This document shows, one piece after another, positions 10,089 through 22,099 of a DNA stretch of 48,872 bases. Location of the stretch: NCBI GenBank assembly GCA_020536535.1, contig JAHLWZ010000146.1, positions 1 through 48,872 on the forward strand. The letters run 5' to 3'. Made by a program: the position numbers and the translations under genes. This DNA is from Pelomyxa schiedti. Taxonomy: Eukaryota > Protista > Evosea. Within the stretch, counting starts at the first letter, position 1; every line of letters starts with the position of its first letter. The notes under the pieces were generated by a model. The model worked only from the letters and a program-made list of their open reading frames with translations, made no database searches and had not been told where the DNA came from.

Positions 10089-13000
10089 ATGGCAGCATCC
10101 ACATTGCGAGCCAGTGTGGGAAGTAACAGGTGCGGGGCTCCTCAGCCTCAACCGCAGCAGTCCTCCTCAGCCAACAGCCATTCCCAGAGCCATCACCACC
10201 CACACAACCAGACTAACAACCAGCACTCGGGTGAGCAGAACCATAAAGGAACTGCTGCATCGGTGGCAACAACGCCGCATGACGGTGCGACTAACAGTGC
10301 ACCCACTGAGGGTAGCACTACCACCACGATGAGTGAGTGGGAAGTACGGCAGCGGGAGGAAGTGGCTGCACTGTCTTCCATTTACACAGTATTCTTCAAA
10401 TGACTGACTGTTAACTCCAACAATAATCAAATCGCCTCACACTTATAGTGTATTGTAAATAGTCACAGCTATTTCTTATTTTTTTACCACAGGACCATTT
10501 TGTTTTCCTCACCAATTCCCCAATTTCCTTCAAAGTCAAGGTATTTAGCAGAATCTTTTTTTTTTTTTTTACAATATCCTCTTTTCCTTTTAGATTGTAC
10601 CTTTCTCTGATTTGCCTGATGACCCACCTGAACAACCCCTTAACAAGTCAGGGAATGCCAAGGGCAACTATGCAGCCATCAATGTGTTTGTGAAGTAGTA
10701 ACCTCCTAATGTTGTTTCATTGCTCAATATTACAGGTTCCCTCCAACCTACCCAGAAGTATCCCCTGTTGTTACTCTTGAGAAGGTGAAAGGAATATCAG
10801 GTGATGTTATGTCTGAAATTGAGAAAGTTACTCAAAGTATTATCAGCCAGGCAAGTTTGCTCCTGAAAGTGTTGCATTAACTTTGATAGGGCATTGGAAG
10901 TGAGATAATATTTGATATATGCACTGCAGTACATGACTTCTGTGACAAAAATAACAGACAGCTTGGCTCACTCCACGCTGAAATGATGGCCCAAAAGAAA
11001 TTAGCCCTGACAGCCAAGTAAACACTAAAATTAACATGCTCTGTGTAACTGGGGGACAGTGATGATAGGGAGAGTTGTGTCTATGACCGTTCTGCCTTAA
11101 TGGGAGACTTTTACAGTGAAGTATATAGGACATAGCAATCAAATTAAAACTCACTTGCGAAGTTAGTAGAAGCATATAATAATACCACAGCACCCACAGC
11201 TTTCTCTCATTCATCGGAGGCATCTTGGCTGACCACAAGAGGTATTTCATCTGTATAAAGGTTTTTGTTCTGCCTTTTTTTTTTGAGCTTTATACAGAGA
11301 TCAAGATTCATGAACCAACAAGTGGTGATGACTTTGGTGATTTATCTCATCGGTGGTCGAAACTGACATTAGTGGGGAGAGGCCCTTGCAGTGAAGTGTA
11401 CCAGGTCTCTCCTTCTTTGTGAGAATTTTTTTTAACATATTTCAGGCACGTGACGCCATTACGGGCGAGATGGTGGCACTAAAGAAGATAAATATAGATT
11501 TTGAAACTAGTAATAGTAGTAGTGGGGGTGGTAATCCAGTTCCACAAATTCTAGCTGAGAAAGAAGGCTGTGTATGTGCTTTCCAGATTTATCTCTTTGT
11601 TAAGAAAGAAGCAGATACGAGATTTGATACACTTTGTCACAGCGGCCAAAAGTCTTATATGTGAAAATATTGTTCAATACCAAGGTAACAGTTCTGTATC
11701 AGAATTATTTCTCTAATTTTCGTAGAAATTCATCAACTTGAAAACAATGCTGTACTTCTTGTCATGCAATTCTTAAACGCAATACAGCAAACCCAATTTT
11801 CTGAAGCTCTTCTTTCTGTGTTTTGCCACAGTATTTTGAAGGGCTTGGTATTCCTCCATTCGCATAACATAGTACATGGCGGTAATGCCTCTCTACCCTT
11901 GATTTTGTTTACCCAGGAAAAGATTTAAAGATGAGTAACATACTCAAGAAAGCAGAAAATATCTTTGTACTCTCTGACTACGGAATTGTTGGTCTGTTCT
12001 TATTACAATAACTATCCCTTAAATTTTATCAGACTATGTCAGTAAACTTGGTGGTTGTGGAAAAAATTTACACTTTTGGTATCCTCTATTCACAAAATCC
12101 AACAACCAAATTAACCAAAATAATTCTTGACTAAACCTAACACAGGTCACAGCCCGCACTTTCCCTTGCCCAGGGCAAGTATGTACCCAAAAATCCCTTC
12201 CTTTCTTTCTCACATAACAAAAGAAAAGAGGATATAAAGCAGCTTGGTATGCAGCATCGTTTGGCGAACTGACTTCTAAAATTTTTTCCCTTGTTCAGGA
12301 AACCTTCTGGCTGAGGTAACCTCCCAGCCTGGGCAAGCCTTTTCCGATTGTTATCAAGATTTCTTGCGATTGTGCTTGATCAAGTATAATTTCAATAGAA
12401 TGGTTTTTTTTTTTTAGATTGACCTTTTATCAGGGATGCAGATAAAAGACCAGATGCCCTGGCACTACTCAAACACCCTTTCATTTCAGTATGTCATTTG
12501 CCACTCAACTGTTGTTATGGAGGGTTGATTGTCCATGTCAAAGTTAAAAACATTCAGACACTTGTGGAGGACTCTGAGGAAATACCAACTCCATCTGCTA
12601 CTCCTGTGGCCTCTATTATAGATAATCATGAATCACTAAATTCCTCTTCAGCGTCAGTGTCAACATCCTCTCTTCCAGCTACCTCACGATACATGACTGA
12701 TTTTGAGGAACTAGAGTTTATTGGACGAGGGTCGTATGGGGTACTTTTTAATGACTCCCTTTCAATTATTAATACCAACATAGGATGTCGTCAAAGCACG
12801 AAATAAACTTGATATGAGGTATTTTCAAGTTCCATTGCCATGTTCAAATGGACATTAAGTTTTACTCAGAGTTTATGCAATCAAAAAGATCAGAAATAAT
12901 GCCAATAATCCCCGTCTCACACAAAAGATTCTGCGTGAAGTCACAACACTAAGTGCTCTGCACCACGAAAATGTTGTGAGGTATAACAGTGCCACCTCTA

Positions 13001-16000
13001 TTTTGATTTTCCAACTTTGAAAACACAAGGTATTACCAAGCATGGCTTGAAAATACGAGTTTGTTTCACTAGTCATACATGTTCTTAAAAAAGTGTTTTA
13101 ACGTACTTCTAGACCCCACAGATTCCAAAAAAGCAAGCAAGGGTGGCACACTATACACAGACCAAACAGAAGCCACACAAGCGACTGAAAGTGAACCTGT
13201 TGATGGTGAAAGTGAAGAAGATGAAGTGGGTGATAGAGACACGGAAGGGGACGATACTGACTACACCGACAACGTGGTGGACAACGAAGAGAATGCTGAC
13301 ATCTATAATGCTGAAAATGACTTTCTGACAGAGGGTGGTGATGACTTGTGGCTAATAAATCCAAGATCAGGTTGTTGGCACAGTGAAAAGTATAATAACA
13401 TAACATCTTGTTGAGAATCTCATCCAGAGAAAAAGGTGCTTCTGTGGTTTTTGATCAAGCAGAAGAATTTCATGAAGAAAGTGAAAATCCATCTGAATCC
13501 AAGGCAAATAAATTGTGATGTTTTTTCGTCCCTAGTAAAACTGCTAGACTTCCACTCAGACAGCTTCACATTTTCAGTCGAGTGCTTGCTATGAAAAACG
13601 GAAACCTCCAGTCACACAGATGCTCTACATTCAAATGGAATTATGCTCGAAGGTACCACCTCCACATAATTTGAGGTTTTCTAACATTCCACAGCAAACT
13701 TTACGTGAAGTATGCCTCTTTATGTACATATTAGAGGCTTTTTTAACAGAAACAAACCAAAGGAGATTGACAATAAGAGGCACACTCAAGATCAAGTTTG
13801 GCAAATCTTCCGTCAGGTATCGATCGCACGTTTCGATTGTTCTTAGTCAACTAATACACACTCATTTCCAAAAAAAAGATCGTCGAAGGTTCATGAGGTA
13901 GACAAATCAATATGATAAATTAAATTACCGTCTAGGTCTCAAGCACATACACAGCCAGGGGATCATCCACCGTGGTATGTTCCCCCAGTAAAACTTCATT
14001 CTAAAAGTGGGACAGATCTCAAACCAGCCAACGTACCTCTTTTTATGTTTTTTTGACCTTGATTTATTTCCCCTTCGTCTAGATTTTCATTGATAAGCAG
14101 TCCATGATAAAAATCGGTGTGATTTTCACACAGATTTCATTTTTCTCACCTCACCTTTCTTGCTCAGGGGACTTTGGATTATCAACAGTTGTTGGTGATC
14201 TCTCGACACCCAATGCACATAGAGGAAATGAAAGAAAAGTTGATTTGACTGGAAGAGTTGGTTGTCACCTGACCCATAACACAATCAAAGTCTTACAGTA
14301 GAAAAACCTCAAAGGTACACCATTTTATACCAGTCCTGAAGTTCTTGACAAACGTACCTCTTCTTATGACCAAAAAGTTGGTTAGTTTCCTTTCTGTAGA
14401 TCGTTTTTCTCTGGATAACTGAGATGATAGATATATATAGCCTCGGGATAATTTTGTTTGAACTCTGTTACAAATTTGAAACCGGAATGGAAAGAGCCAT
14501 CATTTTATCCACATTGCGTGACCACTGTATATTCCCCCCAGCGTTCGAGGACAAGCTCCCAAAAGAGGCGGAAGTAATAACATGGTTGCTGCAGGTCGAC
14601 CATCCACTTTATCAAACTAGACGTTTTCTTACCAACTTTCTAGCCAGATCCAACCAAAAGGCCCACTGCCTCTCAGATACTTCAATCTGAGAAGGTTCCA
14701 TCTAATTTTGAAGATGAATTACTTTTGAGAGCATTGAAACAAATCACCACACCTGGGACGACAATGTTCAATACTTTGCTGGAACAACTATTCTCTATGA
14801 AACCTGATGAACATTTGACAAACCTATACAATTCGTCTGACTTGGTTTGCACTCAACTTCACGTTGATTACACTGAGTCTTCCGTAAGGAAACAAAAATG
14901 GCACCATCAATTTTCAAGATGAGAGAGAATGCATTCCAAAGGCTGTACGCACAACGCTTTTCCAATTCAAGAATACTCACACTCCAAACTAGGAGTAATA
15001 TTTTCCAAAAACATGGAGCGATCAGCATAGAAACACCAATGTTTCAAATAACCAAAGTAAGTGTTTTCCTCATCAACTCGAGTGTAAGATCAAAACCACT
15101 CTTCAAAGGATACTATAGAGCCCAACCGATATTGCGTGCTTGATAGTTACGGCACTTTAATGTCTCTCCCTTTTGATCTCTCTCTCCCGTTTTCTCGGTA
15201 CGCTCAGTATCTGGAGTCTATGGACCCTTCCTTGAACATTAAGCGGTATCACTTTGGGAAGGTCTTCAGGTATTGAGCAAATATCGCGGCACGTTGTTTT
15301 TTTGTTTGTTCACCTCCGTGTAACCAGGAGGAGGACTGCTGGAGGCAAGCCAAGGGAACTCCTCGTGTGCCAGTTTGATATTGTGGGCCCATTTCCCTTG
15401 CAGGTGATACAAGACGCCGAAATTGTGAAAGTGATGTCAGAAATTCTCAACGAATTTGTGGAGGAACTGGGGACTTCAACGTACATAAAAGTGGGCAAGT
15501 GTAGCTTTGCATTTTTTATTTATTGTTCCCCAAAGGTAAATCACTACCTCCTCCTTCAATCAATTTTGGAGTATTGTAAAGTAGACAAAGCACTTTTACC
15601 AAAATTGATTCAAATGCTCTCAAAGGTTTTTGGTTTCACTTTCTTCTCTTTGATAACGCAAAACAAAAAAGCATACCGTGCCTTTAGTTCCTTTAGAACT
15701 TGCTCGAGTTTTGGAATGCAACGCATCCACCTGGCAGATCGAGTCTCTGTCACATTTTTTGTCTTTTGCTGGTATGCCTGTTTTTTGAGGCACGATTGTT
15801 GGCTCGACTTAACTTTGTCCTAAGGTGATCTTGCTAGACAAATTCTCAATTTTGATACCAGCTCACTTAAGAATAACCCTCATGCCCAAGAAGCTGTATG
15901 TTTTTAATATGTATGTCAATTTTCACATTATTGAAAGCTTAGGGATTTAAAACTCCTTTGCCACTCGATGAAAGTATTTGGCGTACAAACCAAGGCACAA

Positions 16001-17446
16001 CTGCACTTTTGTCGCCTCTGCGTTCTTTAACTCTCTTTTTAGTTAATTTTGGACCCTTCCTTTATGATCAGTGATAGTACATATCATGGCCTGGTATTTG
16101 AGGTACTGTAACCGTCATCCATATAAGTTGTTCATGACTTGTGGCCCCAGGTTGTCCAAGGTATTCCAAGTCAGCCAGGAGAGATACTAATGGAAGGGGG
16201 GAGGCGGTTCATTAGACCTACCTCTGGAGCATCGGCTGCACATTCTGCAACTCCAGCTGCACCCAATCTCGCAAATATCAGCTGGATCACTGTATCTATA
16301 TCAGTAGAGAAACTTGTTTCGTTTCTTGTCACCTATGACCAGGTATCCCGAATTTTTTTTCCAAATTCCAAAATTGGACAGCGCCATGTGCATTCAATCA
16401 CTGGGAAAAAAGCATTTTCCAGTCATGTAGAAGTTCTGGTGTCCTCTATTGGGAAAAACATGCTTCATCATCGAGTAGAGATTGCCAGTGTACTCTGGTC
16501 ATCCAACCTTCGGTTTTTCGTTTCTTCCTTCTTTCTTTTTGAATAACTTGTGAACAGGACTGAGTACATGCACCCAGAAAACCTCTCATTTGATGATTTG
16601 GTTGTTTATTGTAAAGATTTGCACATAGAATGGCTGGTATGTCAAATTGGCCACACCCTCCATGTTCTTCTAACTTCAGAACAGGTTATCCTTAACTCAA
16701 AGAATTACGAATTTCAAGGAATGGTGAAGGTAATTACAATGCATAAATTTTAATGGTTCCTAAAAAAATTGCAAGGTGAGGAACATTAGGACGAAAGCAG
16801 AGAATGAAGTCTTAGGTGCCGAGTGTGGCTTATTTATATCACATGCAAAACTTGGCATCCAGATTCCGGCAGTTGAATCACGTTCGTCCAAGCCAGAGAG
16901 TATGATGAAAATATGAAAAAACGGGGTGGTGGGGAAATCTACACACACATTAATTCTTAATACTGCTTCATTTGCAGCCTCCTTGGACCATGCGATCGAT
17001 GTTTCTGTCGTGGGGCTCGATCCCCGGCAGGGGAAAAATAAGAGGAAAATTGCACAAACAGCCACTGCAAGCATAGGTACAATATCCTTTTTTCACCAAA
17101 TTTCTAATGGACTTTACAGCACCGGCCTTGTCAGCACTCCTTTCAGCTCCAAAAGTATTGGCACTGAATATGCCGATTACTATTATAAGGTATTTTGTAG
17201 CCTCTTCCGCTTCTCTTGCTACCCACCGTGCTCTTTAGAGAGATTACCACGTGCTACACAAATAGCACCAGAATCGCATGGGAAAAAACTTTGATTGACA
17301 GATATCCCCGCATGCGAGACAAACTCAATGAACTGAGTGAAATCCTTGATTCTGATTGTGTCAATCATCCACTAGTGTTTTTGTACTCTATCAAGGATGA
17401 GCAATATGAAATACTAGCACTGAGAAGTCGGTCCAAGAGAAGGTGA
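10089..17446 (+). CDS. EIF2AK4: eIF2-alpha kinase GCN2 (RWD, pseudokinase, kinase, HisRS-like, C-terminal domains), many short introns
   Basis: RWD (QREEVAALSSIY; FPPTYPEVSP; GSEIIFDI). Kinase RYMTDFEELEFIGRGSYG, YAIKKI, REVTTLSALHHENVVR, acidic insert, LYIQMELC, IIHRDLKPAN, GDFGLS, DIYSLGIILFEL..FETGMER. HisRS-like IFQKHGAISIETP, LPFDLSLPFSRY, CQFDIVG, IKVNH. Confidence 0.95.
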
Positions 17447-17891
17447 AATCAGCACCTTTTCCGGCCATCACCAGCCTCCCCTCCCCACAGTGGATCACCT
17501 CAATACTGTTTATTTGTTATGTCTAGTGTACTTATCTGACATCCAATACTATTTTGTTTTTTTCGAGTACAAAAATGATCATTATGTACTTTTATGACCA
17601 CGGGTTTGCAAAAGGGCACTATGGTTGATCCAGAAAAGGTAACTTTTTGTTGTCTACTTAAAGTCGAGTCTCACGGCCACACAACCCCTACACACGCAGC
17701 TCCCCTAACCCTAAGTTCAGTAGGGAAGAACAAGGAGACAAATGATGAAAACAAGAAAACTATGACAATGGTTGGGGAGTCAATTCCATTACAATGTTTT
17801 CTGCAGCGAACTTCGGCCTGTTCTTTGTATGAGTAGGATGTGGTTGTGGACTGCATTTTCTAGCTGCTGTTGTGACATTGGGTGGAAGTTG

Positions 17892-18838
17892 TCAATCACT
17901 CTTTGCATCAACATCGTCCTCATCACTGAAATACCCACTGCTGGTCCTGTGATGTGAGGAGGCAGTGCGGTAGCGTTTATGTGATGGGGGTGTTGGTGAG
18001 GTTGTTGTTGGTGTTGTTGTGCTGCTGCTGGTGGAAATGATGGTATGTGTGGTGCTAGTAGCAATGGCACTGGCCCAGTTGTCACTTTCTTCATCTGCAC
18101 TTGCGGATGGCGCGTTGGCCCTGTGCTCGGGCGGAGAGTAGTCATCGCCATCACTGTCACCGTGGTAGTTATCACCGGTGTGTGCATACTTTGATGTTCT
18201 GGTTGTGAGAGCGTGCGCTGTTGATTCGGAACTGGCGGGTCCTCTCTTGCGTTTTTCAGGATTGGTCTTTTCTCGGATTCCATACAAATTCTTTGGGCAT
18301 TGGTAACTCAGATGCCCTTGTTCCTGTTATCAAATGAGATTGGCCATATAGGGTGGTAGTACGCCACACTCGAAGCATCTGGATTTATCTTTGTAGGTTT
18401 TGTGTTTGATGAATTCCTTTGCTCTGCCATTATCATTTGCAAGCGTGCATTTGATAGTTCTGCCATGCAGAGCCTGCCCATTCATTGCAGCAGAAGCTGC
18501 TTGAGCGTCACTCGCCTAATCTTTAGGGAAGGTAGAAGGATTAGAAATGTGCAAGAATATTTAAGTGCACAAATTAAACCAAACAAAAGTGTGGCAGTGC
18601 CTTAGCCATCAAAACAAACGCCACTCCTTTACTCTTCCTGGTTGTTGGGTCCTTCACTATAGTAACCCTAATACATTTTAGTCCGTGCCCACTACTGAAA
18701 AAAATGACAAAAAAAAAAAACGGACTTTCCCACAGGTCCAAAACGTTCAAACAATTTCGCCACATCGTTGTTCGTCAACTTGAAGTCCAAATTCCCCACG
18801 TACAACGTAGACCGCGACGGCACCAACCCCTCGCTCAT
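17892..18838 (-). CDS. ZCRB1: Zinc finger CCHC and RRM protein ZCRB1 (U11/U12 snRNP 31 kDa)
   Basis: [26 protein letters not shown]...[19 protein letters not shown]...[24 protein letters not shown]|[12 protein letters not shown]; four exons, one GC-AG intron. Confidence 0.92.
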
Positions 18839-20016
18839 CACACACGAAATAGTTCTTAAAGACCAAGTTGGTGCAAAATCTTCTCAGTTTGGCCCATAAT
18901 GCCCAACTGAGGGTCGCCGAACCAGTCCCATAGAGGTGGAAGAGCGAATGAACTCTGAGAAACGGATGATTGGTTAAAATACACAGATCAAATGAAACCC
19001 TTTGACTTTCCAATTTCACCCCTATCTGATTCTTTTTTTGTTGTTTGTGTTCCCTTTGTTGGCGATGAGGGCGGTGATACCCCGGTTGCCTTTGACGATG
19101 ATTGTTCATGTGATTGTGGGATTCTTTCTTGTTCCGTGCTGGGGCATTTTTGTGCCGAGGCTTGGTACGCGGAAATGGCATCAATGGGTTACAGTGATTG
19201 GGATAAGTAAGGCTGCGTGACTTGAACCACAGGACACAGCCTGGAGTTGTACTTGGTTGGAAAGGGGATGATGGTTTGGAACTCCCTGGCCACTGCCCGC
19301 AAGGGGGGTGTGCCCACGTTGATTGTGGAGAAGCTCAGAATCAGGGATCCTTGGGAGATTGTCACTCCTTCCTGCGTACTGTTGGCGGGGACCACCTGGA
19401 TTTGGCTTATCAATAGATTTGACTTGATTTCCAATAAGTATCCTGAAACACACACTGGAGTGATAACCTGGATGTTAATTAAATTAATTCCAAGCCCCCT
19501 CTCCATTCCCTGGCCTCCTCCATTAGGTTCTGAAGAAAAAATCCATAGAGTAGTAGCACCATTTCCTCAAGGAAAACTAGTATTTCCACGTAACCAACCT
19601 TGATTTGGCCTTTCTTGTTGAAGAGCTCTCTGTTCTCACACCAGCACCAGGCTTGTTTCTTGTGTGGATACTTCCATTCATCTGTTTTTAGGTGCTGAGA
19701 GTTGACTGCTGTTGTTAGTTGCTTTTCTGAAGTTAGTACAAATATATTGTACTAAGTGCAGGCATCATTTTTTTTTGTTTTCCCCCATTTCAGACACCAC
19801 GCCAACTTGTGGGCCTTCTCAAAGGAGAATGGCAGTTCTCTGAACGGGAAATTACTTTATAAACCGGACGCAGCAGAGATTGAGAATATTAAAAAAACAA
19901 AAACAACAGACAAAAAACAAGGAAATCGATGGCTTATACCGCAACAAACAAAACAACAGCGATAAACAACAATACAAGAGATTACGTACAAAAAAACAAA
20001 CATCAAGCCAGCTTTA

Positions 20017-21727
20017 ATGACGTCTTCAATTTCTACAACAACCGCTCTACCGTCAGCGACCACGTCCGAATCGCCCACACTTGCTGCCGCAAAGGCTATT
20101 AATTTGGACGATGTGTCGCGTTTGCAGCCTACGATGAATATTGGTACAATTGGACATGTAGCCCACGGAAAAACTTCGCTCGTGGAAGCGCTCACTGGTG
20201 TTAGGGTATTGATTTGCTTGTTGATACGCTCCACTTACTTTTTTCTTTTTTGTAGACTACTAGAAGTTCTGAAGAGATGGAGCGAAACTTTACTATACGC
20301 TTGGGATATGCAAATTTCAAGATATTCCGCTGCCCACGCTGTCCTCGTCCCGAATGTTATAAATCATATGGAACCATGGCTCAAAAATCCAACAGTCCAA
20401 AATGCACAAATCCTGGTTGTGGCTCTCCGACAAAGCTTGTTAGGCACCTATCTGTATGTTTTCTTATGGTGGAATCACTTAAACTTAACTGTTTGTAGTT
20501 TGTTGATTGCCCGGGACATGAGTACTTGATGGCTACAATGTTGTCTGGAGTTACTGTAATGGATGGTGCTATCTTGCTTGTAGCTGCCAATGAGACTGTA
20601 CCCCAACCCCAGACCGCCGAGCACCTCACTGCCGCTTCCTTGGCCGGAGTGAAGGTCTTTTATGCAGACTTCAAGGAAATTGTTTCTCACGTTTTGTTAG
20701 AACATCGTCACAGTTCAAAACAAAGTGGACCTTGTGAACATGGAAGGAGCCAGACAGAATTACGAGAAGATATGCCAATTCATTCACAGGACACCTGCAG
20801 AGAAATCTCCTGTTATCCCAGTTTGCTGTTCTCCTGCCAGTATACAAGCATCAAACTCTTCTGCTCCGTTGAACCTTGATGTGTTGTGCCAGTACTTAGC
20901 AGAAGAGGTATCTTCGTCAGTACCCAGATACCAAATCTAACTCTGTGCTAGTTCACCGTTCCACCCCGAAATCTTTCTGCCCCTCCTTTGATGTGTGTAA
21001 TCCGCAGTTTCGATATTAACCGACCGGGAACCCCGTACCAAGCTCTCAAGGGTGGAGTTGCCGGTGGGACACTTATGACTGGAGTTCTCAATGTATTTAT
21101 TCCTTTTTTCTCCTTTCCTAGGGTGCTGAACAGTGTGTCTAGGTTGGACAAGATGTCGAGATTCGCCCGGGGCTTGTGAAAAACGAGGATGGAAAAATCA
21201 AATGCACTCTTTTGAAGACACGGGTGACAAGCCTTCTCTCTGATAACACTCAATTGAGTTTTGCTGTTCCTGGTGGGCTCATTGGAGTTGGCACAACTTT
21301 GGATCCTTTACTCACCAAACAAGACAGACTCGTGGGGCAGGTTTGTGCTTCCAATGGTTCTTTTAAACCCCGACTTACTTTTCCCAAGGTGGTTGGCGTG
21401 TCTGGCTCCATGCCTCCATCATGGACAGTACTTCAAGTCAAAGTGACGCTGCTTACCCGCGGAAGCTTGCTGACGAGCCTCACGGGCCTAGTCAAGGGTG
21501 AAACAGTGCAATGCAACGTCTGGTCAAACTCTGTGAAGGGAAAGATCACTGGATTGGCTCGTGGTGGCACCATTGCTGATGTTCAACTAGAATCCCCGGT
21601 CTGTGTTCCCCCAGGGGAGAAGATTTCCCTTTCCCGTTTCGTGGCTGAGACCCGTACTTGCGCTTCCAAAGGCTGGCGCTTGATAGGGTTTGGAGAGCTG
21701 GTTTCAGGGGTCCGCGTCCAGTACTAA
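20017..21727 (+). CDS. EIF2S3: Translation initiation factor eIF2 gamma-like GTPase (divergent)
   Basis: [25 protein letters not shown], Zn ribbon [81 protein letters not shown]. Confidence 0.93.
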
Positions 21728-22099
21728 CTTCTGCTCAATAAATTCCGTCACCATAATGGAATCCTCTTTAAAAGTCTCTGAAAAGATGTGATTTTTTATC
21801 CCTTGGTGTGCAACACCGGTTTGTGTGGAAGGGAGTCATCAGTCAAACCAGATGTTGTTGGTACTGTGGTGTCTTGGCCCTGCTTTCTGGCTCCCGTCCC
21901 GACACAAAAAGGTGACGCAACAACAAGTTGAAAAACAAGTTCGTAAGTTACTCAAGAAGGCATCCACTGTGAAAAGCAGAGCTGAACTGATCCCAAGGAT
22001 GACACCCTATGATTCTCTGTATCACAAATGAACACAACAAAACTTTTCCCAGTAGAGCAATTGATTTTTCTGTTGTACAACAAGGGAAGTTAAGCTCTT

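Noticed and set aside
15104-15113. Perfect U12 donor GTATCCTTTG on the minus strand
   Set aside because: Antisense to GCN2; no minus-strand gene here.
15983-16021. Additional GC-AG intron in GCN2 (AAG|GCACAA)
   Set aside because: An in-frame GT donor lies 12 nt upstream, so GC use is not required.
18900-19850. Overlapping ORFs on both strands between ZCRB1 and eIF2 gamma
   Set aside because: No recognisable motifs and no consistent splice model; left unannotated.
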